From NCBI GenBank assembly GCA_026396715.1, contig JAPLWH010000014.1:8063-72062 (forward strand): 64,000 bases of DNA, written 5' to 3'. Below the pieces are notes generated by a model. That model ran no database searches. It was not told the DNA's origin and was given only the letters and a program-made list of their open reading frames with translations. Positions 47,467 through 55,217 of the stretch are shown piece by piece (the first letter of the stretch is position 1; every line of letters starts with the position of its first letter). The stretch is from Candidatus Kaiserbacteria bacterium. Its GTDB lineage: Bacteria; Patescibacteriota; Minisyncoccia; Phycocordibacterales; Phycocordibacteraceae. Both the position numbers and the translations under genes were made by a program.

Positions 47467-48996
47467 ATGTCACTCAAAATCATATTGATAATGCTTGCGC
47501 TCTCGGGCGTCGGCGGCATCGTGCTCGGCTACGTGCTGCGCGTCCTCATCGGGCTCGCCCAGCGCGGTTCGGTCGAACTCGACATAAAACAGAAGATCCT
47601 GGCCGCCCAGGAACAGGCGACGAAGATCATCGCCGCTGCGGAGTTTCGTGGCGAAGTCATTGAGACCGAGCGTCTGGCACCTGTCGAGGAGCGCGAAGAA
47701 AAAGTGGTCGCACGCGAAGAACGCATTGCGACGCGCGAAGAATTCCTCGATTCCCGCCAACGCGATCTTGATGAGAAGGAAAATGACGTACGTGCCCGTG
47801 AACAAGATGCGGCGCGTGCGAAAGAAGAAACCGAGAAGCTCAAAAACGAGCGCCTGAAAGAGCTTTCAAGGATTTCGAACCTATCTGAAGAGAAAGCTCG
47901 CGGCGAACTTTTTTCTGAGATTGAGCGCGCGTATGAAGAGTCAATCCTGATGCGCCTGCAAAAGCTTGAGGCGCATGGCCGCGAGCGCCTCGAAGACAAG
48001 GCGCGTTCCATCCTCACGAGCACTATTCATCGGCTCGGCAATGCGGTAAATGCGGAGGTCATGTCGCTCTCGGTCACACTCCCCTCGGAAGACATGAAGG
48101 GAAAGATTATCGGTAAAGAAGGGCGCAATATCAAGGCTTTTGAGCGTGCGACGGGTGTCGACGTGATCATCGACGACGCGCCAGATCGTATTACGCTTTC
48201 CTCATTTGATCCTTTGCGCCGCGCCATCGCGAAGATCGCGCTCGAAAAGCTTATTGCCGATGGTCGCATCCAGCCGACGAAGATTGAAGAGGCGGTGGAG
48301 AAGACGCGAGCTGAGGTCGCAGAAATCGTGAAGCAGAAAGGCGAAGCGGCTGCGTACGAAGTGGGCGTCATCGGGCTCGACCCGAAGCTGACTGCCCTTC
48401 TCGGACGTCTCCACTTCCGCACGAGCTATGGGCAGAATGTTCTCACGCACTCCATCGAGATGGCGCATATCGCGGGCATGCTCGCGGTAGAACTCGGTGC
48501 TGATGTCGCGGTGGCCCGCGCAGGCGCGCTTCTGCACGACATCGGCAAAGCGGTTGATCATGAGGTGCAGGGCACGCATGTCGAGATTGGTCGTCGTATT
48601 CTCGAGAAGTTCGGCGCCGACAAGCGGATTGTTCAGGCGATGCAGTCGCATCACGAGGAGTATCCGTATGAAACGCCCGAGTCAGTCATCGTGCAGGTGG
48701 CCGACGCCATCTCTGGCGGCCGCCCGGGAGCGCGGCGTGACACGGTCGATCGCTATCTCGAACGTCTCGGCGACTTGGAGCGCCTGGCAGCCACGTTTGA
48801 AGGCGTGGAGAAGGTCTACGCAATTGCTGCCGGCCGTGAGATACGCGTCTTCGTGAACCCGGGAAAGATTTCCGACATCGCGATGCACACGCTCGCGCGC
48901 GACATCGCGAAACGTATACAGGATGAATTGAAATATCCGGGCGAAATCAAGGTCAACATCATCCGCGAAAACCGCGTCGTCGAATTTGCGCGATAA
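47467..48996 (+). CDS. rny: Ribonuclease Y
   Basis: TM, coiled coil, KH (KGKIIGKEGRNI), HD (LLHDIGK), ADAISGGRPGAR. Confidence 0.95.
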   Translation: MSLKIILIMLALSGVGGIVLGYVLRVLIGLAQRGSVELDIKQKILAAQEQATKIIAAAEFRGEVIETERLAPVEEREEKVVAREERIATREEFLDSRQRDLDEKENDVRAREQDAARAKEETEKLKNERLKELSRISNLSEEKARGELFSEIERAYEESILMRLQKLEAHGRERLEDKARSILTSTIHRLGNAVNAEVMSLSVTLPSEDMKGKIIGKEGRNIKAFERATGVDVIIDDAPDRITLSSFDPLRRAIAKIALEKLIADGRIQPTKIEEAVEKTRAEVAEIVKQKGEAAAYEVGVIGLDPKLTALLGRLHFRTSYGQNVLTHSIEMAHIAGMLAVELGADVAVARAGALLHDIGKAVDHEVQGTHVEIGRRILEKFGADKRIVQAMQSHHEEYPYETPESVIVQVADAISGGRPGARRDTVDRYLERLGDLERLAATFEGVEKVYAIAAGREIRVFVNPGKISDIAMHTLARDIAKRIQDELKYPGEIKVNIIRENRVVEFAR

Positions 48997-49104
48997 AAAT
49001 CGCGCTTGCCACCGTAAGTGAAGCTTTCTCGTCATACTCGCGAGGAAATACCTAAGTCCGATTGAGGATGTTATTATTGTTGCATTATTCGCCTTTGATA
49101 ATTT

Positions 49105-49359
49105 ATGCAAAAGTATAGTACTTACGCAGAAGTCCCGTGGTATCGGAAAAGTTCCACAAACTCTCTGTTTATTTTAATAAGCATATTTTTCCCACCCCTC
49201 ATCGGGCTTGTGTGTATTCTGCTGATAACAGGAAAAATTTATTTCAACAAACTTGATGTTCAAGGCAACCTAAAAACATGGTCTGTAGCAAATAAGGTTG
49301 TCGCTTTTGTATTTCTTTTTGTACAGCTTACTTTCCTTGCTTTCAGATATTTATTCTAA
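49105..49359 (+). CDS. Small membrane protein
   Basis: EVPWYRKS + TM segments; AT-rich. Confidence 0.6.
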   Translation: MQKYSTYAEVPWYRKSSTNSLFILISIFFPPLIGLVCILLITGKIYFNKLDVQGNLKTWSVANKVVAFVFLFVQLTFLAFRYLF

Positions 49360-49428
49360 TCCCAACTTACCTCAACGCGGGAACACCGAGGTCTGACTTC
49401 GGCGTTCCCGCGTTCGTTTGGTAGTAAT

Positions 49429-49456
49429 AAAAAACCACCAAAGAATCTTTGGTGGT
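49429..49456 (-). terminator. Intrinsic terminator closing the small-ORF array
   Basis: Minus strand ACCACCAAAG-AT-TCTTTGGTGGT followed by a T-run. Confidence 0.7.
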
Positions 49457-49499
49457 GCGGTCGAAGGGCAATCCGCGAAGCCCTGTGGCGCATGCGATG

Positions 49500-49802
49500 T
49501 CACGGTCGTTTTTCGAAATACGGCAGGAGCTGCCTCTTTCCGCCGAACTTCGCCAAATGAGACATACCCATCCTTAGGCTTCTGTGCACCGCGTTAGGAG
49601 TAACTTCCCATTCTTCTGCAAGCTCGCGTGGAGTCTTTCCGTCTAAGTATACTCCGATAAAGGCGGCTTTCTGCGCGCGCGGCATTTCCTCAAAAAGCAC
49701 CCTCAGAAGCTTTCGGAGCTCCATCTGTTCCAGCTTCTCGTCTGGCAGCATGGCGTTGTCGATCGCTTCGTTTCTGGTCGAAGCCAATAACGACTTCTTC
49801 AT
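49500..49802 (-). CDS. Stand-alone sigma-70 region 4-like HTH protein
   Basis: LFEEMPRAQKAAFIGVYLDGKTPRELAEEWEVTPNAVHRSLR. Confidence 0.65.
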   Translation of the reverse strand: MKKSLLASTRNEAIDNAMLPDEKLEQMELRKLLRVLFEEMPRAQKAAFIGVYLDGKTPRELAEEWEVTPNAVHRSLRMGMSHLAKFGGKRQLLPYFEKRP

Positions 49803-49829
49803 GGGATTCCCCTTCCTGTCTTGTTTGAT

Positions 49830-49918
49830 TGAAAGAACAATTGGGATAGAAACTATCCCACCAAAACTTTCAAACGAGTTGAAGACTTTGGTAGGAGCCG
49901 AAGCAGGGTGCTTCGGCT
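49830..49918 (-). repeat. Array repeat family A, copy 1
   Basis: + strand TGAAAGAAC..GGGATAGAAACTATCCCACCAAAACTTTCAAACGAGTTGAAGACTTTGGTAGGAGCCGAAGCA..TGCTTCGGCT. Confidence 0.9.
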
Positions 49919-49929
49919 TCGAAGTATTT

Positions 49930-50172
49930 TCATGGTTCTTTCGCCTCCTCTTTTTGCTGTTCTCTTGCGATTACAGCGGATATGGATTTATGTCGGAAGT
50001 ATTCGCGAATGCCAAATTCCAACGCACATGGCTGGCAGATCATGGCGGGTTGGTTATTCGCGAACTGGCCGGTTTTTTTCATCCTGTCAGCAATTTCTTT
50101 TTGTCCGCAGGCCCAGCACTCGTGAAGTTCCGGGGCACCCACTGCTGCATCGACACTGGTGTTGCTGCTCAT
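49930..50172 (-). CDS. Small zinc-finger-like protein
   Basis: CWAC...CQPC; SD GGAGGT. Confidence 0.6.
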   Translation of the reverse strand: MSSNTSVDAAVGAPELHECWACGQKEIADRMKKTGQFANNQPAMICQPCALEFGIREYFRHKSISAVIAREQQKEEAKEP

Positions 50173-50187
50173 GAGAGACACCTCCAA

Positions 50188-50604
50188 TCAAAAGATTTTC
50201 CCGATTCTCACTGGATTCTTACTCGCCGCCACTACTATTTCCCCGCTCATTCGCTCCAGAGCCATGTCGATCCCAAGTATTCTTGAGACCTCTTCCTTTT
50301 GTGTCCTGTAACAACAACAAGAACAAGAAAGAAGTATCGGACGTGTCCCGAGATGAAAGAGGCCTTCAACTAATGGGCGAATTGTACGCGCGAACGCTTT
50401 TGGTTCAACTAGTGAATACCTGCTTATTTCCCAGTCGTCACGGCCAGTAAATAGGAAGGCAAAAACGAAGGAATTGCGCTCGATTCTCCATTCCTGGGTA
50501 AGTAGTGTCGCTGCCTTGAATTTAGAGAGATTGAGAAATTTTTCTCGAGCAATTTGCACAGCATACTTTGGGTATCTGTTTTTTTCTGGTATCCTCGGAT
50601 ACAT
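50188..50604 (-). CDS. Hypothetical protein
   Basis: SD GGAGG; contains CSCCC. Confidence 0.55.
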   Translation of the reverse strand: MYPRIPEKNRYPKYAVQIAREKFLNLSKFKAATLLTQEWRIERNSFVFAFLFTGRDDWEISRYSLVEPKAFARTIRPLVEGLFHLGTRPILLSCSCCCYRTQKEEVSRILGIDMALERMSGEIVVAASKNPVRIGKIF

Positions 50605-50626
50605 AATTCCTCCGTATATTTTTTGT

Positions 50627-50740
50627 TGAAAGAACATTCGAGCGACTAATTTCGCTCTTCTGAAAAACCATAACGGCTATAGTTTCTTAGAAGAACGGAG
50701 GAGGTGCATAGAGATTAAATCTCGTACACCTCCCCCTTGA
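50627..50740 (-). repeat. Array repeat, divergent family B-like copy
   Basis: TGAAAGAAC followed by three hairpins positioned as in family B. Confidence 0.55.
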
Positions 50741-50825
50741 AGGTGGAGTTCTAGAAGAATCGGATGATAGCAATCCTTCTCTCCTTGGCGTTTTTGACTG
50801 GACTGCTTTAGGCTTCCTTCAAAGC

Positions 50826-51089
50826 CTAGCGGAGCTTGTCAGATTCCGCTACCAGTAAGTCGTTGGCATCGGGGAAAACCATTCCATTCTCGATTCTGTA
50901 CATCTTACCGGGGTTTCTATATCTGAGTACCTCTTCCTTATTGGCGATGAACGCTGGCACAGATTTGAACCGGACGCACATCTTTTCTACGAACTCCGTA
51001 AGTGGCACAGGGCTGTCGTTTTTGAAAATGATTTTAGCAATGTAATGCTGAACACCACTATCATCTAGATTCGTGACAAGATACTGCAT
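50826..51089 (-). CDS. Hypothetical protein
   Basis: MQYLVTNLDD...; SD AAGGAGGT. Confidence 0.6.
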   Translation of the reverse strand: MQYLVTNLDDSGVQHYIAKIIFKNDSPVPLTEFVEKMCVRFKSVPAFIANKEEVLRYRNPGKMYRIENGMVFPDANDLLVAESDKLR

Positions 51090-51110
51090 GGAGCACCTCC
51101 TTATTTCGAT

Positions 51111-51202
51111 TGAAAGAACATTTGGGATAGAAACTATCCCACCAAAACTTTCAAACGAGTTGAAAACTTTGGTGGGAGCCGAAGCGGTGTTTTGCTTCGG
51201 CT
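51111..51202 (-). repeat. Array repeat family A, copy 2
   Basis: Near-identical to copy 1. Confidence 0.9.
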
Positions 51203-51216
51203 GGATAAGGTAGGCG

Positions 51217-51549
51217 CTACCACACGGTAGCGAGCGGGAAGAATGCCGCCGGGCGTGGCACCGCACCCCTCCTCTCGGTCAGAATCCCCGCGAGAAAAGC
51301 TTTGGCGATCGCCTCGGCAATGCTGCCTCGGATATCAGCCTCGGCGACCCACGTGATATCAGGAAACTTTCCGATAATCATCACGTTTCTCACTTGCTCG
51401 GGAAAAATTCCGAGAGTCGAGAACATATCCCGAATTGTCTGTCCCGGGAGGACCACAATTGGATCATTGTCTTTCTCGAGTTCGACGACAACGACACTTG
51501 CAGTTCCATCAACTCCGTCCAGAAATTCGTTCAATTCCTTTTCTCTCAT
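51217..51549 (-). CDS. Hypothetical protein
   Basis: 110 aa; SD-like AAGGTG. Confidence 0.55.
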   Translation of the reverse strand: MREKELNEFLDGVDGTASVVVVELEKDNDPIVVLPGQTIRDMFSTLGIFPEQVRNVMIIGKFPDITWVAEADIRGSIAEAIAKAFLAGILTERRGAVPRPAAFFPLATVW

Positions 51550-51570
51550 GGCGCACCTTCTTTCTTTAGT

Positions 51571-51738
51571 TAAAAGAACATAAGCGGCACAATTACCGCT
51601 TTCTTGAAGAAATCATTGCTGACGTCCTCGAGAAAACGGCGGAGCGGGAATGTCTATATGACACCCATTGCTCCGCCATCCCGCGCCTCATCGACATGGG
51701 CGTCGAGCTCCCCGGAACTTCCTCGGGGTATTACGCCT
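51571..51738 (-). repeat. Array repeat family B, copy 1
   Basis: AAAGAACATAAGCGGCACAATTACCGCTTTCTTGAAGAAATCATT..GACGTCCTCGAGAAAACGGCGGAGCGGGA...TATTACGCCT. Confidence 0.88.
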
Positions 51739-51979
51739 ATTTTTACGACCTAGGATGGTCGGACGATTCACGGCAAGAACTTTTTTCGTAGATAGCGCCA
51801 TGCTGGCGCTATCTACGCGCTGGAGAAACGCCTGCACTGAATATCAGTGCGCTATTGTCTTGCGATCGACAATACTTTCTATCAAGTGATCCGTGTAGAA
51901 AAGATCTTCCGTCAGGAAATCTTTTCTTTCACAGCCCATTTTTGACAGTCTCATAAATTTAATTATGTGACGGCGTATC

Positions 51980-52042
51980 TCCCGCCAAAACTTTCAAACG
52001 AGTTGAAAACTTTGGTAGGAGCCGAAGCAGGATGCTTCGGCT
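51980..52042 (-). repeat. Array repeat family A, copy 3 (partial; lacks the small hairpin and boxA-like motif)
   Basis: CCAAAACTTTCAAACGAGTTGAAAACTTTGGTAGGAGCCGAAGCAGGATGCTTCGGCT. Confidence 0.88.
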
Positions 52043-52056
52043 TAGGGGTAGGTAGA

Positions 52057-52572
52057 TTATGAAGACATGAGGCGACTTAAAAGTCGTCCCCAGTCTTTCG
52101 CTTGCGCCACCGTGGGGTCCCCTTCTTCGAAAGGAGCATGGGCGATCACGAGGCGGGTTTCGTCAATCCGGAAGACTGGCTGACTCCCATCCTCGTGCCA
52201 ATAGGCAGGACAGATGAGATCCAGCGCGGCGGTCAGTGGGCCGGAGTGATGATTAGCATCGGTAATGATACCGACGTATTTCACTCCGCACTGCACCGCC
52301 CGAAGCGCAAGGATGAATCCATACGGGACTTCTCCCTCGCCCACTTGAGAACATGATGCGGTTTTTTCTGCCGGCATGTTGAGATCCAGCAGGGCCGCAT
52401 CGAACGGGACTGATGCGAGATTTTGATATTCACGCGCCGCCCCCTCGTTCCCAAGCAGGAGTTCCGAAGCGATAACGAACGACTTCACGATTGTGACGTC
52501 GTGTTGCTCCGTCAATTGTTTCTTGGCCGCCTCACGATGTTTTTTGTTATCCTCAACGACGAGAATTCTCAC
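52057..52572 (-). CDS. Response-regulator receiver-domain protein
   Basis: MRILVVEDN...FDAALLDLNMP; SD GGAGAGG. Confidence 0.75.
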   Translation of the reverse strand: MRILVVEDNKKHREAAKKQLTEQHDVTIVKSFVIASELLLGNEGAAREYQNLASVPFDAALLDLNMPAEKTASCSQVGEGEVPYGFILALRAVQCGVKYVGIITDANHHSGPLTAALDLICPAYWHEDGSQPVFRIDETRLVIAHAPFEEGDPTVAQAKDWGRLLSRLMSS

Positions 52573-52913
52573 TTTACCTCTCCTTTATTGACTTGTAGGT
52601 TAAGTGCACTTGCAAACTCCCCAATGAGGAAAGGGAGTCGCAAGTAATTTTGCACATTCGTGGGCTGTCTTGAGAACCCGAAGCCAAAAACTTTCGTGTT
52701 CAGCTCAAGGCTCTCCAGTTTCTCGATGGTCCGTGCGCCGTCCTTAATATCGCAGTTAACCAGAACAAAATCAGGCTTTTCCTGACTCACTTTGGCGACT
52801 GCTTCATATGGCCGCACAGAACTTACCGAAAGGCCACACTGATTGGCAATCATAGAGAAGGGCTTCTCCATGGCACGATTTTCTTCCGTCACAATCATCA
52901 GATTCATTACCAT
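52569..52913 (-). CDS. Degenerate receiver (CheY-like) domain protein
   Basis: MNLMIVTEE...EKPDFVLVNCDI...YLRLPF pattern, Asp replaced by Asn; SD GGAGGT. Confidence 0.55.
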   Translation of the reverse strand: MVMNLMIVTEENRAMEKPFSMIANQCGLSVSSVRPYEAVAKVSQEKPDFVLVNCDIKDGARTIEKLESLELNTKVFGFGFSRQPTNVQNYLRLPFLIGEFASALNLQVNKGEVK

Positions 52914-52929
52914 TACCTCCTATTTTGAT

Positions 52930-53127
52930 TGAAAGAACATAAGCGGCACAATTACCGCTTTCTTGAAGAAATCATTTCTGACGTCCTCGAGAAAACGGCG
53001 GAGCGGGACTGTCTGTATGACACCCATTGCTCCGTCATCGCGCGCATCCTTCAAGGGATGCCCACACGATCCAGACATGACAGCTTGCTGGTTGAGCCCT
53101 CCGGAACTTCCCCGGAGTATTACGCCT
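52930..53127 (-). repeat. Array repeat family B, copy 2
   Basis: Near-identical to copy 1 over about 110 bp, and again at CCGGAACTT..TATTACGCCT. Confidence 0.88.
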
Positions 53128-53299
53128 CACTTAACCACTGAGGATAGCGGCTACTATAATTGCCGCAGTCTGGACAGGTACCATCCGTCCGCTCCTCCTT
53201 TGGTACCCAATTGTCCTCGTGGCTGCCGCATTTCTGGCAGTACGGACAATCCACAATTTCAATGTCGCCGTCCTTGTGGGTAATAAATAGTATTGGCAT
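53120..53299 (-). CDS. 59-aa zinc-ribbon protein (absent from the ORF track)
   Basis: Manual translation MPILFITHKDGDIEIVDCPYCQKCGSHEDNWVPKEERTDGTCPDCGNYSSRYPQWLSEA; SD AAGGAGG. Confidence 0.7.
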   Translation of the reverse strand: MPILFITHKDGDIEIVDCPYCQKCGSHEDNWVPKEERTDGTCPDCGNYSSRYPQWLSEA

Positions 53300-53317
53300 A
53301 AACCCTCCTTAATGGTT

Positions 53318-53406
53318 TGAAAGAACAAGTGGGATAGAATCTATCCCACCAAAACTTTCAAACGAGTTGAAAACTTTGGTAGGAGCCGAAGCAGGATGCT
53401 TCGGCT
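53318..53406 (-). repeat. Array repeat family A, copy 4
   Basis: Near-identical to copies 1 and 2. Confidence 0.9.
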
Positions 53407-53426
53407 ATGTAATTAAGGTAGGAATA

Positions 53427-53912
53427 TCAGATGCGGTATTGTTGCGAAAGCTCTCGACGGAAAAGTTCTTTTTCCGTGAGCTCGCGGCCGAACATGTTTT
53501 TTGTGGTGCATGTACAGTCCGGCTTGAGTTCGTTGGCGGGACGCTTAAACTTTTTAAGCGCGAATTCAAGCATTGCGGTTTTCTCCGCGCCGTTGATCCT
53601 CATCAGGTCGTCAATCAAATCGAACCATCCACACAAAAAACATGGTTCGTGAAGATGTTCATCCCTGACAGTCAATATTGTCTTTGATCGCTCGGTATAG
53701 TTGCTGTTCTCGTTCTCGTTCACGGTAGAAACTACCAAAAACAGCGAGCCAGCATAACGCATGCCATCAGGGAAGATTCCGGAATCGTGGGCGAATACCC
53801 ACCGATTTGCGTACCCTCCACCATCGCCTCTCTCATACCAAAAGAGTGGGCGTTTTTCAATTTGGCCTTTCAGATACTCAAGCCGCTCCAATGTCTGATT
53901 CTTATCCATCAC
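53427..53912 (-). CDS. Hypothetical protein with CxxC and CxC
   Basis: SD AAGGAGGAGG; first ORF of the array. Confidence 0.6.
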   Translation of the reverse strand: MMDKNQTLERLEYLKGQIEKRPLFWYERGDGGGYANRWVFAHDSGIFPDGMRYAGSLFLVVSTVNENENSNYTERSKTILTVRDEHLHEPCFLCGWFDLIDDLMRINGAEKTAMLEFALKKFKRPANELKPDCTCTTKNMFGRELTEKELFRRELSQQYRI

Positions 53913-54120
53913 GTACCTCCTCCTTGTTGGTTTCGATTAATGAAAGAACTTAGGATTGCTTTCACAATCCCTATGCCAAGCGGAAATGGTTGAGGGGTAC
54001 GGCATTATATGCGCCGAATTGTCCCGCTCCAGAGCCACTTCGCGCTCAGCTAGGAATAACGAACTTAACTATTCAAATGTCAGTGATCACAGTTAGGACG
54101 TTCTCCAAACTGATATCGAT

Positions 54121-54150
54121 ACAATACCACCGACGGCATTGACAGTACAA
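54121..54150 (-). promoter_or_regulatory. Putative promoter of the array
   Basis: Minus strand TTGTAC-18 nt-TATTGT with TG upstream of the -10. Confidence 0.4.
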
Positions 54151-54232
54151 AATATTCTTGTCTTTAGAGTATTTATGACAAATAAGGCATATAAAATATG
54201 GATTTTCTTATGTTTATTTATGTCTAAAAAAC

Positions 54233-54260
54233 TTGACAGAAAAGCTGCTTTTGCTACTCT
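54233..54260 (+). promoter_or_regulatory. Promoter of the TrmB-like gene (probably leaderless)
   Basis: TTGACA-16 nt-TACTCT, 6 nt before ATG. Confidence 0.55.
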
Positions 54261-54266
54261 CTCAGT

Positions 54267-55079
54267 ATGAATACATCAGAAAAGCCTGCGCTGCTTGGGC
54301 TCTCAAAAAAGGAAGAAAAAGTGCTCTCGTCTCTTCAGGACGGCGTCGATACTCCCCTTTCGCTGGCGCGCGCAACCGGCGTGTCGCGTACGGCTATATA
54401 CGCAATACTCGGGAATCTTAAAAAACGCGGTTTGGCGCATACGCGTATCGTCGGCGGGAAGAAGTACTGGAGTCTTGCTCCCGAACGCGAAATCGAGGAA
54501 GTAGTATATGAGGCAAAGCGCGCACTTCTTAAGATTCCGGAGGGGCGCGAAGAAGTGTATGGTCTTTCCGATTCAACCGTTATTATCCACCGCGGGCAGG
54601 ATTCAATACGAAAAGTATTTGGCGAATTGCTCTTCGTGCATAAGAACGAGCGGTTCTACGGCCTTGTAGGCGATAGTGCAGCAGCTAATTGGAACAAAAT
54701 GTTTAGCCTTCAAGAGACAAATCGCTTCAATCGCGCCCTCAAGAGAAATAACATAATCGCTGAGACGATTACTCAAGATGGATTGCTCGAACGACAGGCG
54801 AGGGAGCTGGGAGTCTCGTGGGCTAAAGATTTTGAAGGGCGGACGACGAGGGTAAATGTGATTGATGGCGAGTATTTTGCTCATGGCGCACAGATATTTA
54901 TCTTCAAGCAGTCCATATATCTGATGGCTCTCGGAGAAGATCTGGTCATCGAGATTCGCAACTCGGAAATTCAGAAGATGCTACTTACCTTTTTCAAGTT
55001 TATGCAGGACAATTCGCGCGTGATTGATGCGAACGCACTTTTGCGATCGATTATTGCCGAAATTGAGGACAAAAAATAA
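54267..55079 (+). CDS. TrmB-family HTH transcriptional regulator
   Basis: LGLSKKEEKV..LARATGVSRTAIYAILGNLKKRGL; C-terminal effector-like domain. Confidence 0.75.
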   Translation: MNTSEKPALLGLSKKEEKVLSSLQDGVDTPLSLARATGVSRTAIYAILGNLKKRGLAHTRIVGGKKYWSLAPEREIEEVVYEAKRALLKIPEGREEVYGLSDSTVIIHRGQDSIRKVFGELLFVHKNERFYGLVGDSAAANWNKMFSLQETNRFNRALKRNNIIAETITQDGLLERQARELGVSWAKDFEGRTTRVNVIDGEYFAHGAQIFIFKQSIYLMALGEDLVIEIRNSEIQKMLLTFFKFMQDNSRVIDANALLRSIIAEIEDKK

Positions 55080-55217
55080 GTTTGCGCGGTAGAAGTAGTG
55101 ATTTCGCATTGTCCCCGCGGGTCTGTAAAGCCCTATTGCGCAATACGGCGCATTTCCTATACTTTCTTCATACCCACCCCCGAGACAGGTCGTGGGATTA
55201 GCAGCTAGCAGATATTC

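Noticed and set aside
52929-53141. Plus-strand ORFs over the repeats (also 49750-50286, 51668-51889, 53367-53687)
   Set aside because: They are translations of repeat sequence or antisense shadows, with no SD or recognisable domains.
53131-53328. 65-aa ORF from the track (MFFQTIKEG...)
   Set aside because: It starts inside the repeat motif. The overlapping frame 53120-53299 has a proper SD and zinc-ribbon pattern.
49830-53406. CRISPR array interpretation of the repeats
   Set aside because: Repeats are about 60-200 bp, spacing is irregular (hundreds of bp to over 1 kb, containing ORFs), and no cas genes are present.
49429-54150. Classical integron or prophage
   Set aside because: No attC-type RYYYAAC/GTTRRRY ends, no adjacent intI, and no phage structural or replication genes. 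The Xer gene at the window end looks like a housekeeping XerC/D and is ~10 kb away.
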